A DNA stretch of 64,000 nt from Moniliella sp. 'wahieum' (taxonomy: Eukaryota), in assembly GCA_003971905.1 (NCBI GenBank), contig RSEE01000011.1, forward strand, positions 558,001 through 622,000, read 5' to 3'. The notes below the pieces were generated by a model, which made no database searches, had not been told where the DNA came from, and worked only from the letters and a program-made list of their open reading frames with translations. Shown in pieces: positions 13,400-26,742 of this stretch. Positions within the stretch are counted from its first letter, which is position 1, and the number at the start of each line of letters is the position of its first letter. The position numbers were made by a program, and so were the translations under genes.

Positions 13400-14157
13400 A
13401 AGCATCTAGTTCGGCGGCGCGCACACTACTTCATCAATATAGCCGATGCCATCTACTCCACATTGGACCGGGTGAGGCCGGCGATGGAGATGCGGCCATT
13501 GGCAGTGAGGTAAATGTGATATTTGCCAGCCAAAATCTGACCCTGCGATGTGTTCACCCCCGTGTAAAACACAACATGCCGATCTGTCAGTATGGGGACT
13601 ATAATCACTCACGCCGGTCGGCGGGGGTATGACAGCGCTGCAGTGCAAAGCCGTATACAACTCCCGCCGCATCTCCTGGATCCGCAGTGCAATCATCTTC
13701 CCGTCCGCTTCCCATGGCGGATGAACGTTGCATCCGTGAGCAGGTGCCGCACCACCTGTGTGCTCATATGCGGGAGGGGTATACTGACTTCCGTGCGAAT
13801 CAGGGTACTGGGTTGGGAAGCAACCTGCGCTGTGCAACTAGGCGCAAGGATATGCAGTGCGCCAACTCGCTCGCCGCACAAGCCTGCATTGCTGGAAAAG
13901 GCACACGAGTAATTGAAGGGATGTCGCCGTGATGAGCAAAGTGCATGATGGTTCACGCGTCGGCATCCAGGTCGCCCGTGTGGCAAATCCTTGGTGGCAC
14001 AGCGAAAGGAAAAAATGAGATGTTTGCGTGCCACGTAGCATTTGTGTGATTGCCTGTCACTCTGTGCCCGGTCGGTCAAACACCAGTGTGGTTTGTGAAG
14101 CGGCCACGGAAGCACTTGGATTGCTGATCCTGAGCAAAACCACAAGTACCTACCCAT
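13400..14157 (-). pseudogene. Aspartate aminotransferase (class I PLP) pseudogene, 5'-truncated
   Basis: Minus-strand motifs in the correct order: H(K)PTGV (HNPTGVD), QGFATGDLDADA*, FSSNAGLCGERVGALH (canonical SFSKNxGLYGERVG), RIQEMRRELY, QIGMLCFT, KYHIYLTANGRISIAGLTRSNVE*. In-frame stop codons; N-terminal portion not found. Confidence 0.85.
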
Positions 14158-14784
14158 TTTAAGGGTTATATATAGGACGTTTACCGAGGAGCAGCCAGCT
14201 GATCTTTGGGTCGGGCAGCCGAAGTTGTCGGCAGAACTGGAATTAGCCTCCGTTCAAACAATCTTCGGTGCCTGTGGGCAAACCCAGGTTACACCCTTGA
14301 CCCAGTCTCGACTCTGGCCTCCCTCGCCTTAGCCTCGTCTGTGACAGGTTGGCTGTGTTGGGGAGGGGGGGGGGGCACGAACCACCCACAGGAGCTGTGT
14401 GCCAATAGGGGGGGCTGGAATCAGCCAGCGTAGAGCAATGGGGCTTGAGGCGCCGTCGTCAGTTGAGTTGTCCCTCCGTTTTTCTCTGCTTGACGACGCC
14501 CGCATTTTTCCCTAGTACTAGCAAAAAGCGCGCATTGAGTACACATCAGCGCGACTATTAGCGTTATAGCTTTTACATTTACACCCCGCACGACGAGACC
14601 TTTTGTGAATGCGAAGGGTAATCCTAATCCTGCGGCCTTCGCGAGTGATATTCTGTTGATGTTGATAAGCGAATGCGGGGGTACGCTGACGTCAGCTGGC
14701 TCCTGTCCCATTTACTGTGTGTGCACCGCTTGGGATATTGCGATTACCAGCGGCTGCACCACCACCTTGTCTCCTGCCGCCGCC

Positions 14785-17755
14785 ATGGCTGACCCGTTTC
14801 TTCCAGACCAAAAACCAGGTCCTGTCCCCCACACCCCCATCCCCATACCCTCCATATCCCCATCCCCACTCCCACACTCCCACTCTCCGCCCCGACACCA
14901 GCATTGCGTCGCCCTTCGAGGAGGAGCATCCCGCCAGTGCTCCCTGCCCCGGCGCAGCGGATGCCGCATCGGCGTCATCTGCGGGGGCACTCTCGCCTGC
15001 GCCCGTAGCCCGTGGGTCTGAATACTACGACAACCAAGACCACGATGACCACGCTGATGTTGACGATTACGATGACGATGTGTACGCTGATGGATATGGA
15101 CAGACCTCATTTGCTGCGGCCGCTCAGAGCATGGCCGCCTCCATCGCCAGCGTTGGTCGCAGGATAGCCGCACCGCTGAGAAGGAGCGGTCTGCGTTCGG
15201 ACTGAGCCATTCTGCAACTTTGTCTCACCAGCAAGATGAGGAGATCCCCCTGTTGATGCTGATGTTGAGACACAATCCCCCCATACCCGCACTCATACCT
15301 CCCGCCGCCGCTCCTCTGCCTTCTCGCCCCCACCACCACCTGACGATGTGACGTCGGCGGTGTACCGGTCCCACTATTCTTCCCGATCATCCGCTACTCG
15401 TGGAGCAGTAGCAGCACTCTCCCCCGTGATCGTGCGCTATGGCAGTGGGTCAATATTGTTGACTTGGACGCGTTTCTGCGTGAGGCATACAGTTACTACT
15501 ATGGAAAGGGTTTCATCGCCCTCGTTCTATCCAAAGTTCTCGGTTTGGCAACATTTGCATTTGTGGTCAGCTTCTCCACCTTTATTGGCGGATGCCTTGA
15601 CTTCAGTAAGATCCGTCACAATGGCCAGCTGGACGACATCATTGTCCCCCAATGTTTTTCCCGTTTTTCCTTTTCCTCCAAGCTGCTATACTTTTTCCTG
15701 TTCCTGATCTTTATTTGGCAGGTTGTAGCCACCGCATTTCAGATCCCCCAGCTCTGGGCTATGAGGCGCTTTTACACGTATGTTCTCGACATTCCTGATG
15801 TATGTCCAGTTACTCCATCATTCCTACATGCTGAGGTGTTTATGCTGAAAATCTTCCTTTAGGCGGACGTGGCCTCCATCTCATGGAATGAAGTCGTGAA
15901 TCGCCTCTCCAACCTGCGGACCACCAATCCCATCGTCTCGCTCGAGCCTCGCAACACGAACCTTGACCAAACGAGCCCAGCTGCTGCCGGTAGCAGTAGC
16001 CGCCCGGGGACTCCCCCCCTGCGGCGAACACGATGGATGCACACAATGTGGCGAATCGGATCATGCGTCAAGAAAATTTCCTCATTGCCCTCTTCAACAA
16101 GGACGTTCCGGATCTTCGTCCCCCTTGTCGCCGCGAATGGCCTATTGGGTCCGTTTTGTTGGCATAACGCCTGAGCCCATCTTGACGCGCAGTCTACTGT
16201 GGAACCTCAAGTACTGTCTCTTGGACTTTCTGTTTGACGAGCACTCTGTGCTCCGTAAACAATTTCTTTCGGAGCGGTACCGCGAGCCGTTGATCCGGGG
16301 TCTACGCCATCGCTTCTATTTCATGGCGTTGGTCAACACGCTGTGCTCTCCCTTCATTGTGCTGTATGTGCTGGTGTACTCGTTTCTCTCGCTACTTTGA
16401 AGAATATCACAAGGATCCTTCCAATCTTGGTTCGCGGCAGTACACTGAATGGGCCCGCTGGAAGTTTCGTGAATTTAACGAGCTGCCACACCTCTTCAAG
16501 CGACGAATTCATCGATCCTACCCTGCTGCCCGAAGATACATCAACCAGTTTCCTAAGGAATCGGTCGCCATTACTGCCCGCTTCGTCGCTTTTGTCGCTG
16601 GTGCGTTCACGGCGGTGTTACTGCTGGCGTCTGTATGACTCGGACTTGTTCCTTCACTTTTATCTCGGCGGGCAGCGCAGCGTTCTATTCTACGTGAGCG
16701 TGTTTGCCACCATTACTGCCGTGGCGCGTGGCATGATCCCCGAGGAACACCTGGTTTTTGATCCGGAACAAACTCTGGCTGAGGTGGTGGACTACATTCA
16801 TTACCTCCCTCCGCATTGGGTTGGGCATTTTCACAGCGCTGAAGTGCACCAAGAGTTTGGTCGATTGTGCCAGTTGAAGATCAGCCTGTTTGTCACCGAA
16901 CTGTGGTCGGTGCTCCTAACTCCATTTATCCTCTGGCGCTCTTTGCCTCAGAGTGCAGAGGCGATCATCGATTTTTTCCGGACCTACACCGTATATGTCG
17001 AAGGCTTGGGCTACGTCTGTGCGTTTGCCGACTTTAACCTGGAGCGCAACGGGTCTGATGCGTATGGGGCGCCCGAATCAGCGGCGGACCAGCGGATGGC
17101 GTCTAAGGAGGGGAAAATGGAGCAATCGGTGCTCAACTTTAAGGCCGCCCACCCTGACTGGCAACCCCATCGTGCTTCGCTGAACCTGTACCTCTCGCGC
17201 ATGGCAGGCAAGCCCGAGGGAGAGGCAAGTGGAGTGCGTACCGCATCGTCTCCCCTTGTGCCGCGGCGGCGCCTTCACTTTACCCCTGAACTCGGTGATG
17301 CTGGGCGCCGCAGGTACCGGCACCGGTTCGGGCGTGGGCCCGAACTCGGGCTACCCAGGTAATGGGGACAATCCTTATGCCTATGGGGCCGACGACGAGA
17401 TTGCCCACTCGATCCAGCTGGGTTTGGCCGGGAGGATGGGCACAGGTTTGGCGGCCAGTACGTCGCCTTCGGCTGTGCGGTCGGCCCCGCTCCAGGCGGT
17501 GGAAGAGAGCCAGGGCAGCTTGCCACGCTCGGGACGCCCAAGTGGCGAGTAGAGGTGGAAACAGGGGGAGGGGGAGGGGGACCTGGATCGATGCCAACAA
17601 CCCCAGCAATGATGGAGGATGGCTTTGAAGACCCCGCTGCGTTGGCAGCGTCGTCAATGCCAGAGCCGACGCCGCAGATGGCGGCCGCCCAGGCGGGGGT
17701 GCGGGGGCTGTTGGACCAGATGTATCTCGCTGGGCCAGGCCCACGGCGGTGGTGA
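14785..17755 (+). CDS. ATG9: Autophagy protein Atg9 (lipid scramblase)
   Basis: [110 protein letters not shown]-terminal [10 protein letters not shown]. Intron at about 15799-15862. Confidence 0.95.
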
Positions 17756-18187
17756 GCGTGAGGGCGGGCAGGGCCAGTGCTGTGTCGATGCGCGGCTACC
17801 TGACGAATGCGATGGCGAGACACGAGTGGCTAGCATATAATTGGCGACGCGGTCCTGGGAGGACGAGTGCAACAAGGCAAGCAGTGGGTCCACAGGATCT
17901 GCAAACATAACAGCTGAATGTTTCAATTCACGCGCTTGACCGCCATCATGCATCACATGTGTCACAGAAAACGGAAAAGAAAAGTAAGAGAAAAGCGGAG
18001 GGAATTCTGGCGTGGTTTGGTTGCAGCGAACGCCGGCTGCTGTTGCAAACGGCATTGGACACACTGAGGGAGGATCAGCACAGCATCTGCTTATCTTTCC
18101 TCCTTCTCGTCTTCTTCCAGCGCGCCACCACCCCCATTGCTCGCTCTTCACCCTCCCTTGAGGTGCCAACCAATCGAACCCGACTTG

Positions 18188-20761
18188 ATGCCTGCTGCCG
18201 CGTCCAGTGGCAAGCCCATCCCAGCACCGCGCCCCGTTCCTGGGCCCAGCGGTAGGGGCGCCGCCCCTGGCCCTTCCTCTGGCCGCCGCGATCGCGAGAC
18301 TCGTGGCCACCAGCAGCCAACATGGAAGAGCAGCTTGGATCTTGTTTGGTCCTACTCCCGTTCCCAGGCATTCTACGCCGAGAACATCGGCACTTCGCCT
18401 TCCTTTGTCGAGCACTACATTCCTGGCGCCTCCGATGAGGAGCAGGCTTTTGACGCCTCCGACTCGTTCGAAGATGATGAGGACTATTATGACGAAGATG
18501 AGGACGAAGAGTACAGCGGCGATGAGGAAGAGGAGGAAGAGGGTTCGGGACAGTATTATGCCACCGGCTATACCCCTGATGCGTCTGAAGCCCCTGTGGA
18601 CGATAGCCTTGCCCCGTCCGAGAGCGAACACGGCAAGAAGATGAGGCCGGTGGCACGACCGTGGACCTTCGCCCATCGCCGCCCAACCACTGGGTTGGGG
18701 AACAACTTCCCTCGAATGCGCGTGCTCCACTGGGAGGACAGGCGGACGCGGCGCACTTGAACGATGGTCTTGGTTTGAACCAGGCCAACCAGGGCCTGAG
18801 CAATCTTTCGCGTGCGGCGCTGCAGGCACGTAATGATAAGCTGCGCAAACTCGCCGACGACGATGGCACATCCCAAGACGAGGGGCGTGAGCGCGGCCGG
18901 CGTCGAACCCGGTCCGACATGGACAAGGAGGTTGGACTGCTGCAGCCTCCTGCTACTTTGGGCTCGAGCGGTCGTCGGCCCAGTACAGCTGACTCAACTG
19001 TTTCCGGCAGACACCTCCTCGGTACTCGTCAATCTCGCTCTCAATCCAGCAGCCCTCGTACCCGCCGCTCCCACCCGCGTCCTCGCCCTCTCAGTTCGAC
19101 TGACCTCGAGAATGGTGATCCCAAGCTGGGTCCGCGTAGCCCGATGGCCAGTGGGGAGCAGGCCGCCCTCTTGGATGGGGCCAAGCGTCGTTCGTCTGGG
19201 CTGGGAATCGCAGCTCGTAGGCGTAGCACTCTGATCCACCCCCATGCAGCTCCAGGGGTGGCTTATCCTGCTGGTACGAGTACTTTCCTCCAATCTTGGT
19301 TCAACACCCTCAATGCCGTGATGGGCGTTGGCATTCTGGCGACGCCATTGGCATTTAGTTATGCTGGCTGGATTGGTGGCCCACTGCTCTTTCTGATCTG
19401 TGGCGGTCTGACCAACTATACTGGCAAGGTTCTCTTTCACATTCTGGCCCGCAATGGCCGACTCAAGACGTACGCTGATATTGGCTCGTACGCATTTGGT
19501 CCTCGTGCGCGCGCGTGGGTTAGTACTCTCTTCTGCCTGGAACTATGGGCGGGTGCGTGGCTTTGGTTATCCTTTTTGCCGACAGCTTGCACGCCATCTT
19601 CCCCACTGGTCCTAGCGCGGATGCATACAAGATCGTCTGCCTTGCCTTCGTTCTCCCCACCATCTTCCTCCCGCTCAAACTCTTGAGCCCTGTGAGTGTC
19701 GTCGGAATTCTGTCGGCATTGACGCTCGTGCTGTGGTGTTGGTCGACGGGGTGATTAAGCCTTCGGCGCCAGGCAGTCTTTGGGAATGGGATTCTTCGGG
19801 CACTGTTCGTCCCGACTGGGCCCGCGTACCCTTGGCGTTTGGTCTGATCATGTCGGGTTTCAGCTCCCATCCAGTCATCCCCAGTTTGGCACGGGACATG
19901 CGGGAGCCGATTCAGTTCCCCAAGATGCTTGACCGTGCTTATCTCGCTGCTACTGTGCTCTACCTTTCCATGGGGGCCGCGGGGTACGCCATGTTTGGTA
20001 CGAACGTCTCGGATGAAATCACCAAGGACTTGGCCCGCACCCCTGGGTTCCCGCCCACACTCAATCAGGTGGCAGTCTGGCTGATTGTGATCAACCCGCT
20101 TTCTAAGTTTGCCCTCGCTGCGCGGCCGGTAATCAATACCTTCGAGTCAGCTCTGGGGGTGGAAGAGCCTGCGGCCCCACATGCACGCCCGCAGTCGCAC
20201 CCGCCTCACCACGCACACCGACGCGCCTCTCACCGTCCTTCTCTCGCGGTAGAGGAGGAAGGGTACGGAGCCATGGGCCAATCGTCGTATGTCGCGCAAA
20301 TTCACACGTGCCTCTCCCGCTTCCTTCCGCCGTTCGGTGGCCGCACCGAACGGGACAGCCGATCCTAACGCTAAGCGCCCACCTCGCTCGGTACTGCCCC
20401 CACCCTCGATTCGCTCGGCTTGGGACCCAGTGGCGAAGCAGCTGCGTTGCCAGATGGTGCCGGTGCCAGCCACGCGCCAGCGGAAGAGGACCGCACCTCC
20501 CGCTTGGTCCGGATTGGTGTGCAGGTGGGCGTGTCGGTCCTAATTACCCTCACGGCCATTGCGTTGCCTGGGTTTGAGAAGGTGATGGCCTTCCTCGGCT
20601 CGTTCTTGGTCATCACTACCTGTGTGCTCGGACCGCTTTTGGCTAAGCTCAAGCTGTTTAGACACGAGATGAGCTATGGCGCCATCATGCTCGATCTCTT
20701 CATTCTCGCTGTGTCGGCAGTCGCGGCGGTCGTGGGCACCATCTGGGCGTTTGCCGACTAA
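18188..20761 (+). CDS. AVT1: Vacuolar amino-acid transporter (AAAP/Aa_trans family, Avt1-like)
   Basis: Long acidic N-terminus with YSRSQAF, then STFLQSWFNTLNAVMGVGILATPLAFSYAGW, TYADIG, FGLIMSGFSSHPVIPSLARDM, GYAMFG, INPLSKFAL, PGFEKVMAFLGS. Confidence 0.88.
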
Positions 20762-21198
20762 GAACGCCCAATCGGAAGCTGCCTAGTTTGGTTCGGTTTG
20801 GTCTGCTCTCGCCTCGTCTGATCCAGGCCAGTCTCGTCCCACTCTTTCGAATCCAGTCCAGTCTACCCCCTTGCCCAACCCAATGTTTATTACTCACGTA
20901 TTGATATGGATGCATGGCTGAGAATGTGCTTAGTGGTGGTGCTGGGAGACCGCTGTTAATTAATGTACCTTGGAAGTGAAACCCTTGTACTAGTAGCCAA
21001 TTCCGCGCCCTTGGGGGTTGGGCCACAGGATATTCCGCCGCCCAGGAGGAGCCAAGGCAGGTGAGACTGGCGCCATGCTGGTGCTGCGATGCGGTTGGTT
21101 GCCCTGCGCTCGCCGTAGGCGTGGCATTGCTCGCGTAGCTGCCACCCCACATCTCTCCCCCACCCCCCACCCCTCCTGCGCACTCCCATCCGCCCATC

Positions 21199-21992
21199 AT
21201 GTCCTGGAAGGGCTTCCAGAAGGCGATCAACCGCGCCGGCACCACGGTCATGCAAAAGACCGGGCAGATCGAGCGCACCGATGACCCCGAGTTTGACGAG
21301 TTCATCTCGGTTAATAAGGGCATGGAGAAACAGATCCAGCAACTCCAGCGGGAAGCCAAGACTTACCTCGATGCAGTTCGCGGTATGGCCGCTGCCCAAT
21401 CCCGCATTGCAGATGGAGTTGAGCTCTTCTTTAACGACACAAACGAGTCCTCCGTCGCCGCCAACGCCTACCGCCGCGCGGCTGATGAGTACGATTCGGA
21501 ACTGGCTCAGGACATTGACGCTACTTTCCGCGCCACCGTGCTCGACCCGATCGGCAAGATGGCATCCTACTTCCCTGAGATCAACAAGAACATCGAAAAG
21601 CGCAATAAGAAGTTGCTTGACTACGATGCCGCTCGTTCGCGGTACAAGAAGGTGCTGGACAAGAACCACGAGGACCCGACTAAGCTGCCTCGTGCAGAGA
21701 AGGAGATGGAAGACACCAAGCTCTTGTTTGAGACGATCGATCAGCAACTGAAGGAAGAACTTCCCAGCTGCGTGGGCTCCGAGTCCCTTATCTCGACCCC
21801 TCGTTCGAAGCCATGGTGCGCGTACAAGCCAAGGTATCGGAAATGGGCTACGAAAAGCTGGGTGGCGTACAGAGGTACTTTGATGAGCGGGTGCGCGAAG
21901 ACTATGCTGGCGGTGTATTGGACGAACAGGTGGAGGGCGTGTTGAACGAAATGCGGGCGCTGAGCATTGTTGGTATCTCCACTGGCGAGTAA
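21199..21992 (+). CDS. RVS161: N-BAR amphiphysin-like protein Rvs161/Hob3
   Basis: MSWKGFQKAINRAGTTVMQKTG, KRNKKLLDYDAARS, EDPTKLPRAE, QLKEELP, PYLDPSFEAMV. About 265 aa with no SH3 domain. Confidence 0.93.
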
Positions 21993-22188
21993 CGTATATG
22001 GCATTTACCCCCCTCTTTCTTCCCGGCCTCTGTCTCTTCTCGCCTTACACTGATGGACGCTCATTTAACGTCTCGGCTCGATCCGAGCAATACGAGGTCC
22101 CCTACTGGATCACAAGGCACCGGGCGTGTGCCCTGCACTTTGCTTCCTGTCCCCCATAGCTCAGGTTGCATAGTCAAATACGAAATGA

Positions 22189-22899
22189 TTACTTGCGTCC
22201 CAAACCAAAGCGGCTGAGCATGCCGCCTTGAGCTTTGGCTCGGACCGTCCGTCTTGGAGGATGAGGCCGTGGCGCGGTCCGCACGTCGCTCCCGGATCGT
22301 CTCTCCCAGCACAGAATAGAAGCGAGGGTTGAACCGCCCTCCCTCGAACGCTGGCACGCCGTCCAGCTCAACCAAACGTGGGTGACTGACATCCGTTGCA
22401 TCCTCGGCCTTGTGCTCGGGGTAGGCCCACGTCGAGTCCAGGTAGCCCGTCTGCGAGCGTTGAGGCAGACCACCCTCCTTTGCTGTGCCTGTGAAGACAA
22501 AGGGACGAAGCTGGTGACAGAGGAGCGGACAGACAGACAGACAGATAGACAGGCGGCACATACCAGACAAGCAAGTAAGCAGAAAAGTCAGCTGAGGCGG
22601 CCGAGAATGCGGGCGAGCAAGAAGGCTGCGTACCTTGCACTCGCCCAGGCCAGGGGGAACAACAAAAGCAGTGGTACGGGACTCGTCGATCTAGGCCATC
22701 TTCCATGTCCACTCGTCGGGGAAGCCCTTCTTGTCAAGCAGCACCTTGCCGCGGCGGGTGGTGCGCGTGATACGTTGGCGCAGCACACATTCTTGGCGCC
22801 CGTACCCTTGTAGAAGTTCTTGTTTCCCGACTTGGAGTAGATGGGCAGACGCAGCGCGCCGAGCACGGGCGCGGTGGCGCGGAAGGGGGCAGCCGACAT
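22189..22899 (-). CDS. MRPL27: Mitochondrial ribosomal protein mL41 (yeast YmL27)
   Basis: MSAAPFRATAPVLGALRLPIYSKSGNKNFYKGTG, IDESRTTAFVVP, LRPFV. One intron containing a (CTGT)n-like tract. Confidence 0.8.
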
Positions 22900-23161
22900 G
22901 GCGGTTGCGGTGGTGGTGGTGGCTCAACGGGGGGTACTGGGGCCTGGGGATTGGGCGCCATGGGCATGCGGCCGCTAGAAGTTTCCAGGCAGCAGGCATG
23001 AAATTGCAAAAGTAGGCGGGTGCCTTGGGACAGCGCGGCGGAACAGAGGAGGGCGGAAGCGGAGGGCGCAACCCTAGCACGCATGCTGGGCGCCATGCAC
23101 GGGGAGTGCCAGCCTCCGCTCCCACCCGCCAATCGCCTCAGCCATAGCCGCTGCCTCGCCC

Positions 23162-26100
23162 ATGAGCCGCCGTCGCTCGGGCCGCGTGTCTGCCGCCCGC
23201 GACCCCCCCCCCCCACCGCCATCCGCCCCGCTCCCCGACCCGGCCTCCGATCCCTCGCCGCCGCCCCCTCGCCGTCGCGCCCAGCGTCCCGCTCCCCATC
23301 GCCCGCCTGCGACGCGACTGGCGCTTTGCCGCCGTCTGCCAGTTCCTCTGGTCCCTCCAGGACGCCCTTGCCCTCCCCAACTTTTCCACCCACACTCTCG
23401 AACAAGACCTCGCCCTTCATGGCGGCACGTACGCCGCCGATGTGCTGCTCAGGCTCCTGCGCGCCCTCACCCTCCGCCCAGTCTCGCAGCTACTTGGCTC
23501 TCCATCCTGCGCAAGAGTATGCCCTCCGCGCACCGGAGCGCACCGCCTGGCTCGGCTCCGATGCACACCCGCGCGCATGGTCTTCCCTTGCGATGACTCA
23601 AAGTAGGCGTGCTGCATGATGTGACGGAATGGTTTATGCACCAACCTGAACGATTTCGTAAACTGCTGGGCTCGGACGAGGATCTGGTCCAGTGGGGCCG
23701 AATCGAGCCAATCGGGTGGGACCGCCATGCCAACACGTACTGGCTCTTTGATGATAACCGTCTCTGGGTGCAGTACCCCCCACCACCGGACGCTTCCTCC
23801 CCCCCCCGAGCCCAGCCCCGAACCCAGCCCCGAGCCAACCCCTCCTCCACCGCGCGCCAAGGGCAAACCCAAGCCCCAAGCCAACGGACGCGCCAAGGGC
23901 CGTCGATCGACTCGCAATTCCACTTATCTGGAAGAAAACGGGGAGAGAAGGAGGAGCAGGAGGAGAAGGAGGAGCAGGAGGAGAAGGAGGAGCAGGAGGA
24001 GAAGGAGGAGCAGGAGGAGAAGGAGGAGCAGGAGGAGCAGGAGGAGCAGGAGTCACCCAAATTGTCGGCACGGGAGCTGCGTGCCCAAGCGCGCCAGTCT
24101 CGCTCGCACTCTTCACCTCGCAGCCGGAGAGGCCGGCGCAGGGCTAACTCGGAGGAAGAGGAGTGGGAAGACCCTCCTGAGGAATGGTTGAACGACACGA
24201 GTGTCGACCGAACCGCTTTGCAGGAGAATGCCTCAGCTGATGAAAATCCGGCCGCTGCCAAAGAGGAGGAAGACCCGAAGCCCTCCCAACTGAGGACAAA
24301 CAAGAGGACACACAAGAGACTTCTTCTCAAGATGGTCACCACGCTCAGGAGCAGGATGCTCCCAGGTCCGAGGTGACTGAGGACAAGAGGGAAGGTGAAG
24401 CCTCCGAGGCTGAGCAGGCACAGCCGACCCAACAAAACGGTGTGCCACACGAGCAGCGTACAGTCAACTCGACCCAGGATGAAGATGCAAATTGACAATG
24501 TGGGCCAGCCCAGAACGGAACCGCAGGAGCCGAAGGGCACCGAGGCGAACGGTGCGCTCAACGCGAGCTCACAGTGGGTAAGGAACCGAAAACGGCGGAG
24601 CTACTGGCCCAGGAGAAAGCGGAGGCCCAGCGTCGCGAAGCTGAGGCTGCCCAAGCCCAATTGGAACAAACGTGGGCCGAGTGGGATGAGCAAGTGGAAC
24701 GAGATGCAGCTGCACTCGAGGCCGGACTGCCCGGAGAGGTGGATGCCGAAGGCTCTCCGCGTTCAGTTGAGATGGAAGTGGTGTGTGTGACCCGTGCGCA
24801 ATGGGAGGCGTTTGCTGCTGCCCTTTGTCCACCGGAAAAGGCAAAGCCACACAGAAAGGGGGCAAGCCGGGGGTTGGTCCAAGACCCAGACGAGGCTGCG
24901 CTCCACGCCCATCTCGCCTCTGACGTTCTAGACCGCATTCTGGCCGACCTTGATGCCCAGGCCAAAGCAGCGGCGATGGAATTAGCGTTGGCATCGCGCA
25001 AACGGTCTTCTCGCCTCGTTGCCCGAGAAGAGGAACATCGTGCTGAGGCGGAGGCAGAAGCGCAAGCCGAAGCCGAAGCACGCATCTTGGCTGCTCAACG
25101 GGCAAAAGAGGAAGCAGAGCGTGCCGAACGGGATAAGCTGAACAAAGCCCATGCACGGGAAGATCGGTTGCGAGCCCGGATTGAGGAACAGCAGGCTCGT
25201 CGTGAAAAGCAGGAGATGGATCGAGTGGAACGTGAGAGGGTTCGGGAAGAGCGCAAGCGTAAGCGGGACGAGGCACGTGCCTCATCAGGGGGACCATCTA
25301 CCCCTCATGCTGAAGCCATGTCACTACCGGCCACTCCAGGTTCCCTCCCACCGCCTCCGGCACAGAAGAAGGCCAAAGTTTCGGCCCCTCAAGACTGGGA
25401 GTTGCCTGTGAGGTCTGTGGAATCCATGGGCACAATCTTTTAGCCAAGGGAAGGACTGTCGCTTGCGAAACGTGTGGGGTATGGCAACATACCCAGTGCT
25501 GGTCCAAGTTTGTTAATCGGCATGGTGCCCAAGCTCCCAAATGGACCGATCCCAAGACGATATTCTATTGCACTCAGCACCGTCCCTCTCCGATCCTCGG
25601 TGCCGATGGTCAGCCGATCGAACGTCCAAGCGACGAGCGCCAGCGCAAGCTTGAAGACCAACGAGCCAGGGCCAGAGAACGCAGAGCGTCTCGTAAGTCC
25701 CTCACCTTAGCCGTAGGCACGGAGGGGGTCTCGGCTCCACCTGTTTCGGCTCCTGTTCTTCGGCTCCTCCCTCTTCGGCTCCTCCCTCTTCGGTTCCTCC
25801 CGCTTCGGTTCCTCCCGCTTCGGTTCCTCCCGCTTCGGTTCCTCCCGCTTCGGTTCCTCCCGCTTCGGTTCCTCCCGCTTCGGTTCCTCCGCTTCGGTTC
25901 CTCCCGCTTCGGTTCCTCCCGCTTCGGTTACTCCCGCTTCGCTTCCTCCTGCTTCGCTTCCTCCCTCTACTCTTCCTTCTAGCACGCCTACCACCGTCAC
26001 CCCAGCGCCTTACACGCATACTTCATCGAAAGCAGCTGGACCTGCTCCCCCCGCCTCCCACCCCCACCCCCTCTGCCTCAGGGATCCAACTTTGCTCCAC

Positions 26101-26742
26101 CCTACCCTTTCCCACCGCCATTCTTCCCTGGGGGACGCCCTCCGGCAGCCGGGGTCCCACAGGGTTTCGCACCAGGTCCATCGAGTTTCCCCCATAGGGC
26201 GAATGGAGCGCATGCACCGCCTATCGGTTATCCTGGCACGCCTGCCTCTCCGGGCCAGGGTCAGGGTCAGGGTCAAGGACAGGGTCAGAGACATCCCCTT
26301 CCAGTGGCCCATCCAGCACCGCCTCCGGGCCAGGGTCACGACACCCGTTCCCAGTGGGACATCCAGTGCCACACTTACCACCACAGTTGGCCAATGGACC
26401 GAGGATGATGGTGTCCCCGTTGGATGCCCTCGCGGTCGCTGCAGCGCAGGGCCAACGACTGGAATCACCGTCGGTCACCTCACAGGCGAGTCCTGGCAGC
26501 ACTCTCCACCCAGAGGGCAACAGCAAGCTGCCCGAACTCCGCCAGTGTCTGTGGCTCGACCTTCCAGTCCGACTATAGCCACGGTACATCGGGCACCGTC
26601 GACGCCTGGATCGTTCCCATTGCGCTACCAAGCCAAAGCATCGCCCTTGGCACAACCGGCCCAAGTGCCCGGCGAGCAGCCCAGTGCACCACCATCCGTG
26701 GCGGGCATGGGACGCGTTCCCTCCCCTTCGCCCCGGACCTAA
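23162..26742 (+). CDS. ISWI-partner-like chromatin protein (RSF1/Ioc3-like: DDT/WHIM-type motifs, coiled coil, PHD finger, low-complexity tail)
   Basis: LRRHWRFAAVCQFLWSL, RIEPIGWDRHANTYWLFDDNRLW, VCVTRAQWEAF, RKRSSRLVA coiled coil, WELxCEVCG..VACETCGVWQHTQC (PHD). The 3' end is uncertain. Confidence 0.7.
23945..24052 (+). repeat. Coding tandem repeat (GAGAAGGAGGAGCAGGAG)x5 plus partial units, encoding EKEEQE
   Basis: Directly visible 18-nt unit. Confidence 0.95.
25758..25965 (+). repeat. 15-nt coding minisatellite TTCGGTTCCTCCCGC, about 13 copies (PPASV-type repeat)
   Basis: Directly visible; one unit is 1 nt short. Confidence 0.95.

Noticed and set aside
17654..18926. Long antisense ORFs (405 and 283 aa) and similar ones opposite PMA1, RVS161 and TSP2
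   Set aside because: Shadow ORFs of GC-rich coding sequence on the other strand.
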